The position numbers were made by a program, and so were the translations under genes. A stretch of 64,000 nt of DNA from Bugula neritina. Taxonomy: Eukaryota; Animalia; Bryozoa. Positions 25,704 to 38,692 of this stretch are shown piece by piece (positions within the stretch are counted from its first letter, which is position 1; each line of letters begins with the position of its first letter). The notes below the pieces were generated by a model, which worked only from the letters and a program-made list of their open reading frames with translations, was not told the origin of the DNA and ran no database searches. Location: assembly GCA_964035545.1 (NCBI GenBank), contig OZ037773.1, forward strand, positions 10,693,751 to 10,757,750. The letters are read 5' to 3'.

Positions 25704-27579
25704 CTATCTCCGACATTACAGTCTTCAGTCTATTTCGTCATTGGTGGGATAAGATAACTCCTACTCTACCCCCTGTCCATCTCTAAACAGAGGGACTGAA
25801 AGCAAGCACTTAGCTCTGTGTGTCTCAACATGGTGTGTGTTGGCCAGTAGATATGTTGACAGATTATCTAGTAGCTGTTGGGGGACAACTCTTAGTATTA
25901 TAACATTTCTGTCAACTTCATGTGGAATAGTTGGGGTTCTAGTGAATATAATGGTTAGGTTTGTGCATGCTAGCAGACTGCATCTATAAAAAGTTTACTT
26001 ATTGCCTGGGTTATATTATATTTTCATATATTATATTCATATCTAAATTATACTATATTTTCATGTCTACATTATATTTTATTCTCATATCTATTTTGTA
26101 TTGTGTAATATGTTTCTTGAATAAATCTGCATTTACAAATAAATTAAATACTGTTTAAAAAGTTGTTCACTGTTTGACATAGTCATCATTTGGTGTAGAA
26201 TAGAGAGAGTAGTAGTATATACACTGCTGACTCTGTAACTGATGACTGATTTGGTGTAGAATAGAGAGAGTAGTAGTATATACACTGCTGACTCTGTTAC
26301 TGATGACTGCCAGGATAAGAAATCTGGGAGGAAGGAGGTAATGATGCCAATCTACAGTATCAGTTCTCGGCAGCCAGTAACTTCAGTTCCCTGGCCTCTC
26401 TCTAGATATCTTGTATATTATCTGAATGTATTTATATATTATCTGAATATAATTATTTATATATTATATTATATATATCTAGATAATAACCCCTCCTTCC
26501 TTCCCTAGTACAGCATGTAATGTGTATGTATGTTGTTATGTAATGTACCAAGTAGAGCTCTATGTAACATACTCACTGCACTATAATACATGGCATTATG
26601 TAACATAATATGGGCCAGGCTAACAGCTTATCCAAGGTTGAAGGCGGCCCACTGGCACTATGCATCAGTGAAATTAGAAATAATGAAACATAATAATATG
26701 CTAAAGTCTAAGCCTAATTTCAACAAAGTTATTTCTGGTCATCAGGCTACATAGCCAGCTAAACCTGGCTATACTTATTTATTCTTCATGTATACCAGTG
26801 GTTCCCAACCTTCCTGTATACTCATCACAAATAGAAATATAAACAATCCGAAGTTCAACAGTTTTAAAACACTGCTACCTATATAGATTCTTAAAGTATT
26901 AAGTAATTTAATTTTTATTATAGGCTATCATTATTTGTTAATTTCAAAAAATTATACTGTCTGCTGTAACCTCAATTTTAATGGAATAGGTTTCATATTT
27001 TGTTTATATCTCATCCCACTGTCACTTGATTTGTATATGTTGTACTTGGCATGTTAGTTAACTTACTTTGGGTTTCATTCGTTGTTATACACAAAGTTGT
27101 CACTCAATATTCTATGGTTGATCAATTCTATTTGCTCTGACAACTTTTCGGTCTGACAGACTCAAAAATATAAGAAAGGACCAGTCGGTACACCTTTTCT
27201 ACTTCTACAGTGTTAGTATAATGCATTAGTCACAAACTGTACACAGGCACTATACTTTGAGCATCACACAATGGAGTAAGTTTAGGGACATGAGTCATAC
27301 AGCACATCCTGTGAAGGGGTTTGTACTATCTCTGAGTAATCAGCAGACATAATGGAGAACATGTACTCTACTATATTTATATATAGTGTATATACAGTGT
27401 ACTATACAGTGTATATACAGTGTACTATACTTATATACAGTGTACTATACTTATATACAGTGTACTATTCTAATATACTGTGTACTATACTTATATACAG
27501 TGTACTATACTTATATACTGTGTACTATACTGATATACTGTGTACTATACTTATATACAGTGTACTGTACAATGTAGTG

Positions 27580-30430
27580 TAACATCTGCCCATCCCATGT
27601 GATGTAACTAATGAGGTGGCCCTTCCTTGTAGTTGGCTTGTTCCTGCTTCTACAAGCAGCCTTTCGTCTCACATTCTGGCAGTTAGTCTCTGTGCAGCCT
27701 CGTTTTGTCTCCCTGCAGCTTACCTGAGGAGATGTGACAGTATGCCAAGGAATCACTGTACCTCAGTCTCTACATCTCACCTCAAGGTAGTTCTCACCTC
27801 AAGGTAGTTCTCACCTCAAGGTAGTTCTCACCTCAAGGTAGTTCTCACCTAGTGTCTGTTACTTTATTCATTTTATTTCAACTATAGATATATTTCTATT
27901 AATATGTTGTATTTTATCTCCACCACACACACACACACATATAATCCTAATAATAAGATCTATTTTATATTAACTATAACACAACAGTACATGTATACAA
28001 CACATAATGGAGGATATTTGTATGCAGGATATCTGTATATGCAGGGATACATTACACATCAGTGTCTCACCATCATTATGAATATCATATAAGAAAAATA
28101 TACCCAGTCTTTGTTCAGTGAAGTCAGCAACATCCTGCCCTTGTATATGAATGTAGGTTAAGTGTGGGTCGGGTGCTTAGACACCCCACATGTTTCTCTT
28201 GTGTAGCCATAGGATGTGAGGCTGGAGATTATCATTATAGATAATTTATAATAACTGTGTATATATAAAGAGAGTTTTTAGTGGTGATGTTATGATATAC
28301 CAGTAGGCCAGCAGAGTGAGTGTATTATACAGTATATATAATAGAGTGTATATAAACTCCTTCATTCTAGTTGCTACCACTCTCTCTACTACCAGCATCT
28401 TCTCTGGCACTTGACATATTCATCTGCTGCTACATCACCACTAGCTAGCACCTACCTAGTACCACTCTACACACAGTATCCAGTAGTACCACTCTACTCA
28501 CAGTATCCAGTAGTACCACTCTACACACAGTATCCAGTAGTACCACTCTACTCACAGTACCCAGTAGTACCACTCTACACACAGTATCCAGTAGTACCAC
28601 TCTACACACAGTATCCAGTAGTACCACTCTACTCACAGTACCCAGCAGTACCACTCTACTCACAGTACCCAGTAGTACCACTCTACACACAGTATCCAGT
28701 AGTACCACTCTACACACAGTATCCAGTAGTACCACTCTACTCACAGTACCCAGCAGTACCACTCTACTCACAGTACCCAGTAGTACCACTCTACTCACAG
28801 TATCCAGTAGTACCACTCTACTCACAGTACCCAGTAGTACCACTCTACTCACAGTACCCAGTAGTACCACTCTACTCACAGTATCCAGTAGTACCACTCT
28901 ACTCACAGTATCCAGTAGTACCACTCTACTCACAGTATCCAGTAGTACCTAGTAGTAGTAGCTAGCATAGTAACAAGAACCTACAAGTACCTTGTACAGT
29001 TGAGGTCACTCTACCCCTTTATCTCACCAAAGGTAAGTCTACATTCATAAGGATTCAAACTACAGTATGTTTTGTTGATTAAAACTACAGTATGTTTAGT
29101 TGATTAAAACTACAGTATGTTTAGTTGTATTATGGCTGTGTACTTATTTACTAAAGTTGTAAACACTCATTAGTACACAGCAACAACTTGAAATCAAAAC
29201 ATAATATTGTATGTATATATTGTATTGTTACATTATATTATCTGTATATTGTATTGTGTTGTTATATTATATGTATATTGCATTGTTATATTGTATTGTT
29301 ACAATATATTATATGTATATTGCAATAAAGTACAGATGATAAAATTTTGGTTTTTATAATTTAAATTCGTTTGTACTTGAAAATTTATATCTATAACATT
29401 AAATTTCCGAGTGCAAAACTCATTATAAGTAAAAATGCTCAGTAATGAAATCTGTTTGACTAGCTCTATATAAAATGAGTAGATATGAATTATATGTGTG
29501 TGTGTATTGTGTGTTGTGAAGTGCTTTATGTGACAGCTGCATGGGAATACAACTACTCAGAACTTGGTGCTTGTTTGCTAGACATAGGTTTACATACAAA
29601 CAATAGTCTATGAACTGCTTAGAGTAATTTACTGTCAGACAATTGGCTGACTAAATAGTACTCTTTAGCTGGTATTTAATTGGTGCACTTTCTAAATACC
29701 CACTTGCTGTGTTCTAATATAAACCCATAATAGCCACATAATATTAACATAATCTAAACATAAGGTAGAGACTGCTGTACCTGTTACTGTTACCTGTTAC
29801 TATTATCTGTTACCATTACCTGCTGCTCATAGCTGTCTCTATCCACCCTTAGCTGTCTTTATCCACCACTAGCTGGCTCTCTCAACTACGTCTAATTACT
29901 GCCCTGAACTCTGACTGAACTTGTGCTGACCCAAACCCAGTCAGTTCATTTATTAGCTTTCTCTAATTAGTGGGACTTCTCTAATTAATAGGAATTACCT
30001 AGTTAATACGAATTACCTAATTAATGGGAATTACCTAATTAATAGGAATTATTGAGTTGGGGTTCAGGGGTCACAACCTTTGTCGCAGCATTCTAGACTA
30101 TATATCTTAACCTATATGTAATGTTATCCTGTCTAATGTATTCTTCCGAAGCCTTGGATATAGCCTCGTGTAATTTCACGCAGTCTCGCATATTCTCATG
30201 TGATCTCATGTACTTTCGTGTAAAATCTTGTAGTATAATTCGGTTGTAAACACCGTCTTTCTATAAATCGATCAGAGCAAGATCGATCTATGGAAAAACG
30301 GTGAAATGGTACCCACCAAATTAGAAAAGTTGGTACAAACAGAAAAGTAAATTCACCCAATAAGGAGAGTGCAAACAATAAGATATGTTTGATAATTTGG
30401 TGATTGGATGACCTATATTCACCTGTTGTC
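27580..30430 (-). pseudogene. Possible decayed multi-exon gene or lncRNA
   Basis: GC-richer islands flanked by AG/GT (approx 30260-30112, 29960-29820, 29038-28950, 28443-28357, 28222-28107, 27780-27585) separated by repeat-filled spacers as in neighbouring genes; only 30260-30112 is a clean open exon (KDGVYNRIILQDFTRKYMRSHENMRDCVKLHEAISKASEEYIRQDNITY); the rest contain stops. No homolog recognised. Confidence 0.25.
28457..28950. repeat. 27-bp minisatellite x ~18
   Basis: CAGTAYCCAGTAGTACCACTCTACWCA. Confidence 0.95.
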
Positions 30431-30441
30431 AACCATATCAT

Positions 30442-30454
30442 GTTGCTAAGCAAC
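30442..30454. promoter_or_regulatory. RFX X-box-like motif GTTGCTAAGCAAC
   Basis: Matches the palindromic X-box consensus; reverse CCAAT nearby at ~30401. Motif match only. Confidence 0.4.
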
Positions 30455-30964
30455 GCTCAACATCATCCTCTACTATAGAATAAAATGGGGCACTATGATC
30501 GATACAGAATGTGGGATAAGAGGTCTAGCACACTTGTGATTCAAAAAGTGTTCATGTGTATAATATGTGTCCATGTGTATAATATGTGTCCATGTGTATA
30601 TGTGTTCATGTCTATGTGTATAATATGTGTCCATGTGTATAGTATGTGTCCATGTGTATAATATGTGTTTATGTGTATAATATGTGTCCATGTGTATAAT
30701 ATGTGTTCATGTCTATGTGTATATTATAGCCGTATACATGTATATATTTATCCGATATGTGTGTGTGCTTGAGCTAGATAACAATTGTTAATTCAATAAA
30801 TATAATTTTATTGGTTATATTCACTGATTGTTACATAAAGGAGACAGGCGTTTATTTAACTCAGTTCGTACAGCTAGCAGAGAGCTTGCATCTGATTGGC
30901 TAGAGGCTGAGTATACTGCTCAGTAGCTGGTTGATTAAGAGTGAGAGAGCTTGCATCTGATTGG

Positions 30965-33900
30965 TTAAGAACTGATAATGCTGTTCTCACTGGCTGTGCC
31001 TTCTGCTGCAGTTCCTAGCGCTGGTTCTGATTTGCGGGAGGATGGGGTGCTGCTCAAAGCCCCACCAAATCCATGACAAGATGAGCGTTTCATGATAGTG
31101 GCTATCAAACTCTTAACAAACTTCAGACTGAATCCCCCAGTAGATACTGTGCCTACTGCAAAGGAGAAACAGCACGTCATGTGACTTACTCAATACCATA
31201 CAGTCATGTGACATACTCAATACCATACAGTCATGTGACATACTCAATACCTTACAGTCATGTGACATACTCAATACCATACAGTCATGTGACTTACTCA
31301 ATACCTTACATTCATGTGACTTACTCAATACCATACAGTCATGTGACATACTCAATGCCATACAGTCATGTGACTTACTCAATACCATATAGTCATGTGA
31401 CCTACGCAATACCATACAGTCATGTGACTTACTCAATACCATACAGTCATGTGACTTACTCAATACCATACAGTCATGTGACTTACTCAATACCATACAG
31501 TCATGTGACTTACTCAATACCATACATTCACGTGACATACTCAATGCCATACAGTCATGTGACATACTCAATACCATATAGTCATGTGACCTACGCAATA
31601 CCATACAGTCATGTGATATACTCAACATGCAGTCATGTGACTTACTCAACTTACTTAATACTATATAGTCATGTGACTTATTTACTGATTGTATGATAGA
31701 GACAAACCTTTTGTTAGGTTCACAATGGATCCAATGATGAACTGGAGTATTCCTGAGATGTACAGCAAACCAACAGCAACACCCGCCAAGTTGGCTGCAA
31801 GAAAAGAAGAGTAGCTACACACAATACACAAGTAACTACACAGAAAACACAAGTAACTACACACAATACACAAGTAACTACACACAATACACAAGTAACT
31901 ACACAGAAAACACAAGTAACTACACACAATACACAAGTAACTACACACAATACACAAGTAACTACATACAATACACAAGTAACTACACACAATACACAAG
32001 TAACTACACACAATACACAAGTAACTACACACAATACACAAGTAACTACACACAATACACAAGTAACTACACACAATACACAAGTAACTACACACAATAC
32101 ACAAGTAACTACACACAATACACAAGTAACTACACAGAAAACACAAGTAACTACACACAATACACAAGTAACTACACACAATACACAAGTAACTACACAC
32201 AATACACAAGTAACTACACACAATACACAAGTAACTACACAGAAAACACAAGTAACTACACACAATACACAAGTAACTACACAGAAAACACAAGTAACTA
32301 CACACAATACACAAGTAGCTACACACAATACACAAGTAGCTACACACAATACACAAGTAACTACATACAATACACAAGTAACTACACAGAAAACACAAGT
32401 AACTACACACAATACACAAGTAACTACACACAATACACAAGTAACTACACACAATACACAAGTAACTACACACAATACACAAGTAACTACACACAATACA
32501 CAAGTAACTACACACAATACACAAGTAACTACACACAATACACAAGTAACTACACACAATACACAAGTAACTACACACAATACACAAGTAACTACACACA
32601 ATACACAAGTAACTACACAGAAAACACAAGTAACTACACACAATACACAAGTAACTACACAGAAAACACAAGTAACTACACACAATACACAAGTAACTAC
32701 ACACAATACACAAGTAGCTACACACAATACACAAGTAACTACATACAATACACAAGTAACTACACAGAAAACACAAGTAACTACACACAATACACAAGTA
32801 ACTACACACAATACACAAGTAACTACACACAATACACAAGTAACTACACACAATACACAAGTAACTACACACAATACACAAGTAACTACACACAATACAC
32901 AAGTAACTACACACAATACACAAGTAACTACACACAATACACAAGTAACTACACACAATACACAAGTAACTACACACAATACACAAGTAACTACACACAA
33001 TACACAAGTAACTACACACAATACACAAGTAACTACACAGAAAACACAAGTAACTACACACAATACACAAGTAACTACACAGAAAACACAAGTAACTACA
33101 CACAATACACAAGTAACTACACACAATACACAAGTAGCTACACACAATACACAAGTAACTACATACAATACACAAGTAACTACACAGAAAACACAAGTAA
33201 CTACACACAATACACAAGTAACTACACACAATACACAAGTAACTACACACAATACACAAGTAACTACACACAATACACAAGTAACTACACACAATACACA
33301 AGTAACTACACACAATACACAAGTAACTACACACAATACACAAGTAACTACACACAATACACAAGTAGCTACACACAATACACAAGTAACTACATACAAT
33401 ACACAAGTAACTTACCAGCAATTGTTGCAGTGGAAGAAATCAAATGACTGATGACAATCTCTGCCCAGCTGAAATATTTTAACTTGAAGCAGTAGCTTCC
33501 CATAATGCACTGCACTCCTGGGTCAGGTGACTGGTACATCTTTATAACTTTCAGTGTGAAGTTGATGGCTGAAACAGGAGTTGAGTGACTGGGCATTTTA
33601 TTTCAGTAGAGTTATGTTCTCACGATATTATGTTCTCACATAGGTAAATATTTCGGTTTGTTAAGAGTTGTGTTCTCACAAAATTATGTGAAATACTCAC
33701 AGCCGAAGCCGCAGAAGCATTGTGTTATGAAGATGGGGTCAAGAAAGTCAGCCAGGAGTTTGTGGACGACAAAGAGGGAGATGCTGCACAGAGGAGCAAA
33801 TACCAGCAGCATGATGATAAAGTAGACCGGCCCGCAGCACTTCTCAAGTTGATGACCTGAAGGAGTGTAGGAATACAAGAGTGAGTAGGAATACAGTAAT

Positions 33901-34653
33901 GTAGAGAAACGTGAGTGTGTAGGAATACATGAGTGTAGAGTGTAGGAATACATGCAGGAGTGAGTGAATAGGAATATGTGAGTGAGTATACTCACTCACA
34001 TATATGTAGGAATACATGAGTGTAGGAATACAGGAGTGAGTAGGAATACAGGAGTGAGTAGGAATACGTGAGTGTGCAGGAATACGTGAGTGTGCAGGAA
34101 TACATAATAAAGGATATATTAGTGTATATACCTTTCCAAAGCAGAGAGAGCATTTGGAAGGACAACTCCCATGTATCAGCATGCACAAGATGGCATAGAA
34201 GTATTCTGGAATATTCCTAGAGAGAAGGAGAGTACAGAAGGACTGAGACATGATGGATTATGAGATAAAGGTACGACAGCAAGCATATGACAGCGAGGTA
34301 CGGTAGCAAGCATATGACAGTGAGGTATGGCAGCAAGCATATGACAGCGAGGTACGGCAGAAAGCATATGACAGCGAGATACTCACCTGCAGGTAGAAGA
34401 CCTGATAGAGCCCTGAACAGGCAGATTTGACATACAGAAAGGGGATATCCAGTAGTTCTAGGTGTATGAATATGCAGAGAGCCACGATCAGCATGGTAGC
34501 ACAGGGGATGGGCAGCCCAGCTCCAAGGCCGTATACAGAAGGGGAGCTCTTAGTAGACAGGACACCACTGCGCTTGCTTGTAGCACTACCCCCACTCTTG
34601 TGACTCACACTGCTGGATCCGCTCCTCTGACTCATGCCGCTCTTAGTAGCCAT
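30965..34653 (-). CDS. Rhomboid RHBDD1/RHBDL4-like protein, predicted catalytically inactive; 6 exons (approx 34653-34387, 34216-34132, 33856-33701, 33568-33416, 31793-31708, 31155-30965)
   Basis: Spliced: ...QEYSRILLCHLVHADTWELSFQMLSLLWKGHQLEKCCGPVYF...QCFCGFGSINFTLKV...FSWAEIVISHLISSTATIAANLAGVAVGLLYISG, collinear with RHBDD1 (RLLLSPLHHADDWHLYFNMASMLWKGINLE...CAVGFSGVLFALKV...WVELVAIHL...GHLAGILVGLMY). Reading frame intact. Confidence 0.85.
31177..33412. repeat. Rhomboid-gene intronic arrays: 27 bp (31177-31680) and 21 bp x ~76 (31811-33412)
   Basis: GTCATGTGACWTACTCAATACCATACA; GTAACTACACACAATACACAA. Confidence 0.97.
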
Positions 34654-35193
34654 GCTGACCTTGACACAGCCTTGTAGCAGTAGGTAGGTGAGGCAACTCT
34701 AGTACCAGCTAGGTGTCCATATCAATTGGTGTGTCCAATTTTTCTATTTTTAAGTAGTTTCAATGTTTGCAGTTTTTAGTAAAATTATTATAATATAACA
34801 ATTTAAACTATGCAGAATTAATATAATTTAAATGCTTGAAATATTTTGATTGTAATAACAAATATTATACCGATGCGCTTTGCATATACTATGTGTATTG
34901 TATATAATATGTGTATTGTATATAACATTATGCACATTGTATAATATATTAGGCATATTGTACATATTACTTATATTTTGACAAAAATTTACAACTTGGA
35001 TATTTATTCATGAAAACGTAAGTTGTGTGTAAGTTGGTTTAAATTAAGTAAATTAAAAAATAAATCAAGAAATATATTAGACATTAGAAGTAGTAAATCA
35101 AGAAATATTGTGAAAGAGTACATAGACATGGTAATGAAGGGTGATTTGTTGTCAGTTTGTACTACATGGCACGTTATCATTAAGTCTATGGGG

Positions 35194-36055
35194 TCACGTG
35201 CGCTCGGCCTGGGAGGCCATAAACTCATGAAAACTGACGTACCCATCCCCATTATAATCATCTTCTTTCAGAACTGAGTCTATGATTGAAATAATTTGGT
35301 CTTCAGACATTTCTTCAACTCCCTGCGCCCCGTCGGTGCCTACAAAATATTACCTGCAGAATATTATACTAAACTATTACCAGCATAATATTATACTAAA
35401 CTATTACCTGCAGAATATTATACTAAACTATTATCTGCAGAATATTATATTAAACTATTACCTGCAGAATATTATACTAAACTATTACCTGCAGAATATT
35501 ATACTAAACTATTACCTGCAGAATATTATACTAAACTATTACCTGCAGAATATTATACTAAACTTTTACCTGCAGAATATTATACTAAACTATTACCTAC
35601 AGAATATTATATTAAACTGTTACCTGCAGAATATTATACTAAACTATTACCTGCATGCTCTTCATGACTATGTTTTATAGCTTTGACCAACTCCAGCCCA
35701 TCTAGAAAGTTATTGTTGTCAAAGTCGTGGAGTTTGAAATAGTGAAACTGTAGCTCCTTCTCTGACATGTCTTTCTTATCCTTTGTGTTGATTTGATGTT
35801 GCAGCTCTTCCAGTACATGACTGAAAGACAATGCGTACTAGTGACTAGTAACTACTGACTACTCACTAGTAAAATCTAGTTACTCACTAGTAACTATTGA
35901 ACAGTAATAGTAACTACTCACTCTTTGGTAATGTGGTGTTTGAACCCGTCACTTACAGAATTCTCTACAAGCCCTGGCGCACTCTCAGCATCAACTTCTG
36001 TCCAACCAACAATAAGAGCAGAGAATAGCAATGTGAACCCCACGAGCTGCTTCAT
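35194..36055 (-). CDS. MCFD2: MCFD2, EF-hand ER cargo-receptor subunit; 3 exons (approx 36055-35922, 35820-35652, 35339-35194)
   Basis: Signal peptide MKQLVGFTLLFSALIVGWTEVDA; DHVLEELQ..MSEKELQFHYFKLHDFDNNNFLDGLELVKAIKH; second EF hand IDSVLKEDDYNGDGYVSFHEF. Confidence 0.92.
35349..35655. repeat. 27-bp x ~11 array filling MCFD2 intron 2
   Basis: TTACCTGCAGAATATTATACTAAACTA (minus strand ...TTCTGCAG|GTAATAG...). Confidence 0.95.
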
Positions 36056-37059
36056 GGTACAACCTGTAATGTATTAACATTAATATAGTATAGTATGAAT
36101 GTATTATATTAGTGTTATTATAGTTTAGTATCAATATGTTATATTAACACTAATATAGTATCAATGTACTATATTAACACTAATGTAGTGTCCAAGTACT
36201 ATATTCAAAATACTGTAATATAGTATCAATGTATTATATTAACACTAATATAGTATCAATGCACCATATTACCACTAATACAATATAGTATCAATGTATT
36301 ATATTCACATTGATATATCAATGCATTATATTAACACTAATATAATACAGTATCAATTCACTATATTCACACAGTCTCCTTTGATATATCTAAGCCTAAT
36401 TGGAGTTATGTTTACTGTAGAATAAATATATATCAGGCACTAGAGTCGTTTTATTACATTTATTTGCTACAAATTAGTAGCATTTCAATAAAATTTAAAC
36501 ATTAATTAATAATTACAAAAAATACAACACATATGATGCATAAAACAGTTGATAGATGCTCTATATACATGTATATACATTTACTACTTGGATGTACAGA
36601 AAAAGGATATGATGTGATGAGTTTACAATTCTATGAATACACAACTCAAGTTTTATGAATACACAACTCAAGTTCTATGAATACACAACTTCAATTCTAT
36701 GAATACACAACTCAAGTTCTATGAATACACAACTCAAGTTCTATGAATACACAACTCAAGTTCTATGAATACACAACTCAAGTTCTATGAATACACAACT
36801 CAAATTCCTTCAAATAACTTCCTGAGGCAAGTAAAAACTTGATTATTATGATTGATACTAGAGCAAGCAGTGTTAGAAGACTTTGATGACTGCGGGCTAA
36901 GAACCGCTGCGGGCTAGGGGCCGTTACTGGTTGGGGGCCGTTGCTGGTTGGGGGCAGTGCTGTTTGGGGGTTTGGGAGTAGCTGAGTTAATAAATCAGGA
37001 GAGCTTTTAGCGCCCCTTGATTGTAGCATACTGACATAATGATAATGTAACGATTGACT

Positions 37060-37506
37060 TCATGACAGTTTAGTAGAATGTTGGAATACACATTCGTTAA
37101 GTCTAGCCATAAACTCCGCATCTCTTCCTGTGAGATCAGAGAAGAACTGTTGCCTGTAGAAAGGTGGCCAGCCCGCATACCACTGGTTGAAAAGTTTAAG
37201 TTGGCACTGGAAGATGGTTGGTGGTTTATCAGAGACCGTGACATGGTTCATAGCGTCAAATAGAGTGTCCACCTAACAACCAGAGCAAGAGAAGCTAGCA
37301 GCAACCATTTCCTTAAAGACAGAAGAGGTAAAGCAAATCAACTGAAGTGATACACAAGTGACATGTGGTCTTACATTAGACGGCACAGCCTTGTCGAGGA
37401 GTATTTTCAAAAACTCCTCTTTTTCATGAGTTCTAAAGTTGGTGAACCAGCTAAGACAACACGCTATTTCCTTTTCACACTGAGAAGACGCATCTGAATT
37501 GGCCAT
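37060..37506 (-). CDS. C14orf119: C14orf119 homolog (DUF4508); 2 coding exons (37506-37375, 37272-37060)
   Basis: EKEIACCLSWF....EKEEFLKILLDKAVP|..LFDAM..VTVSDKPPTIFQCQLKLFNQWYAGW matches the family motif (EMKCILHWF...KAVP...PPSIFECQLHLWDQWF.GW). Confidence 0.88.
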
Positions 37507-38031
37507 GGCCTGTGAACAATGGCAGCAAAAGATGAATGACTAAGAGTGGCAGTAACAATGAAAAACAGCTGAAAACATTTACTTTTTGCTAGAAATGAAT
37601 TGAACACTTCTAATACAAGACATTGCAGGTTCAGGTTGACACCAAAATATTAAACTGCTCCAATAGTCACTAGACACTACAGCGACTTTCACAAAGACTC
37701 ACAATCTTGCTTTGTCACTATTTTACTAAATCTAAACAGCAAAACTGAAACAACTAGAATCATCACCATCATCATGTCAACAACTACAAGTACTTCCAGT
37801 AACAGCAAGTCAATAAATGAAGCTTACTATTACTATTACTACTACTATTAGTATTAGTATTACGACATTAATTATGACAATTAATATTACCATTACTATT
37901 ACTCAACTACTATTGGTATCACTACTAATACTAATAGTAATAGTAATACTAACACTAAATCTAATACTAATAGTAATGATAATAGACAATAGTAAATTTA
38001 AATATATCTTTACAAGTTAGCAGTTTAATTA

Positions 38032-38238
38032 TGAATAAATATACGAGAAACATTGTTGTTTTATTACTTTATTAGGCAAAGTAGTTAACTTATATTTCGG
38101 GCACAACTGTGTCCATCTTCAAAGTAACATTCATTGTTACTCTGAAGATGGACACAGTGGTGCCCAAAATATAAGTTAATTACTTTGCCTGATAAAGTAA
38201 TAAAACAACAATGTTTCTCGTATATTAATATTTATTCA
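38032..38238. mobile_element. Near-perfect ~200-bp palindrome carrying two inverted degenerate type-I hammerhead motifs; Penelope-like element remnant
   Basis: Arms ~38038-38129 and 38135-38226 are reverse complements with a few mismatches and a 5-nt loop; each arm reads (C/T)TGAAGA-T-GGACAC-AGT(G/T)-GTGCCC-(G/A)AAA-TATA. Confidence 0.65.
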
Positions 38239-38343
38239 CAATACTATAGCAAATGTAATACTAATACTAATACTAAAAGTAAATCTAATAGTAAATTAAA
38301 ATTATGATGCTACATCTATTGCCGTACAATCATAACATTAACG

Positions 38344-38356
38344 GTTACCTAGCAAC
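38344..38356. promoter_or_regulatory. RFX X-box-like motif GTTACCTAGCAAC
   Basis: Matches X-box consensus, upstream of the C14orf119 homolog. Motif match only. Confidence 0.45.
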
Positions 38357-38692
38357 TAGTTAATAGGAATCTAAATTGCATTTAAAACTAAAAATTAGTA
38401 TGTATCAAAACTTAGAATTAGACCTATGGAAAATGCTAAATCCATATTCATATTGATATTTTATTACTATTTATTACTACTTCACAGACAAATGCCGCAG
38501 CTAAACCTCTATAGGTTGTTAAACAGAGGTGCTAAAACTATTGAATATTATAGCCAAATTTTACCTGTATACGCTTTGTCTAAACTATACAACTACGTGG
38601 ATCATACCCTCAAAACTAATACTCAAATTAATACCAAACCGGGCACAAAACTCTAAAAATACAACATAAGCTTTCAAAAGAAAAAATAATAT

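Noticed and set aside
26796-26812. CAGTGGTTCCCAACCTT, resembling a hAT (Charlie-type) terminal inverted repeat
   Set aside because: No partner TIR, TSD or internal sequence found; at best a solitary fragment.
28355-28445. Chromodomain-like fragment (EKMLVVERVVATRMKE) on the minus strand
   Set aside because: Too short, bounded by stops, and lacks the downstream aromatic-cage residues.
27580-30000. RIP-like C-to-T hypermutation explaining stops in the putative pseudogene
   Set aside because: Every stop codon can trivially be derived from a C-starting codon; with no homolog the frame and ancestral state are unknown.
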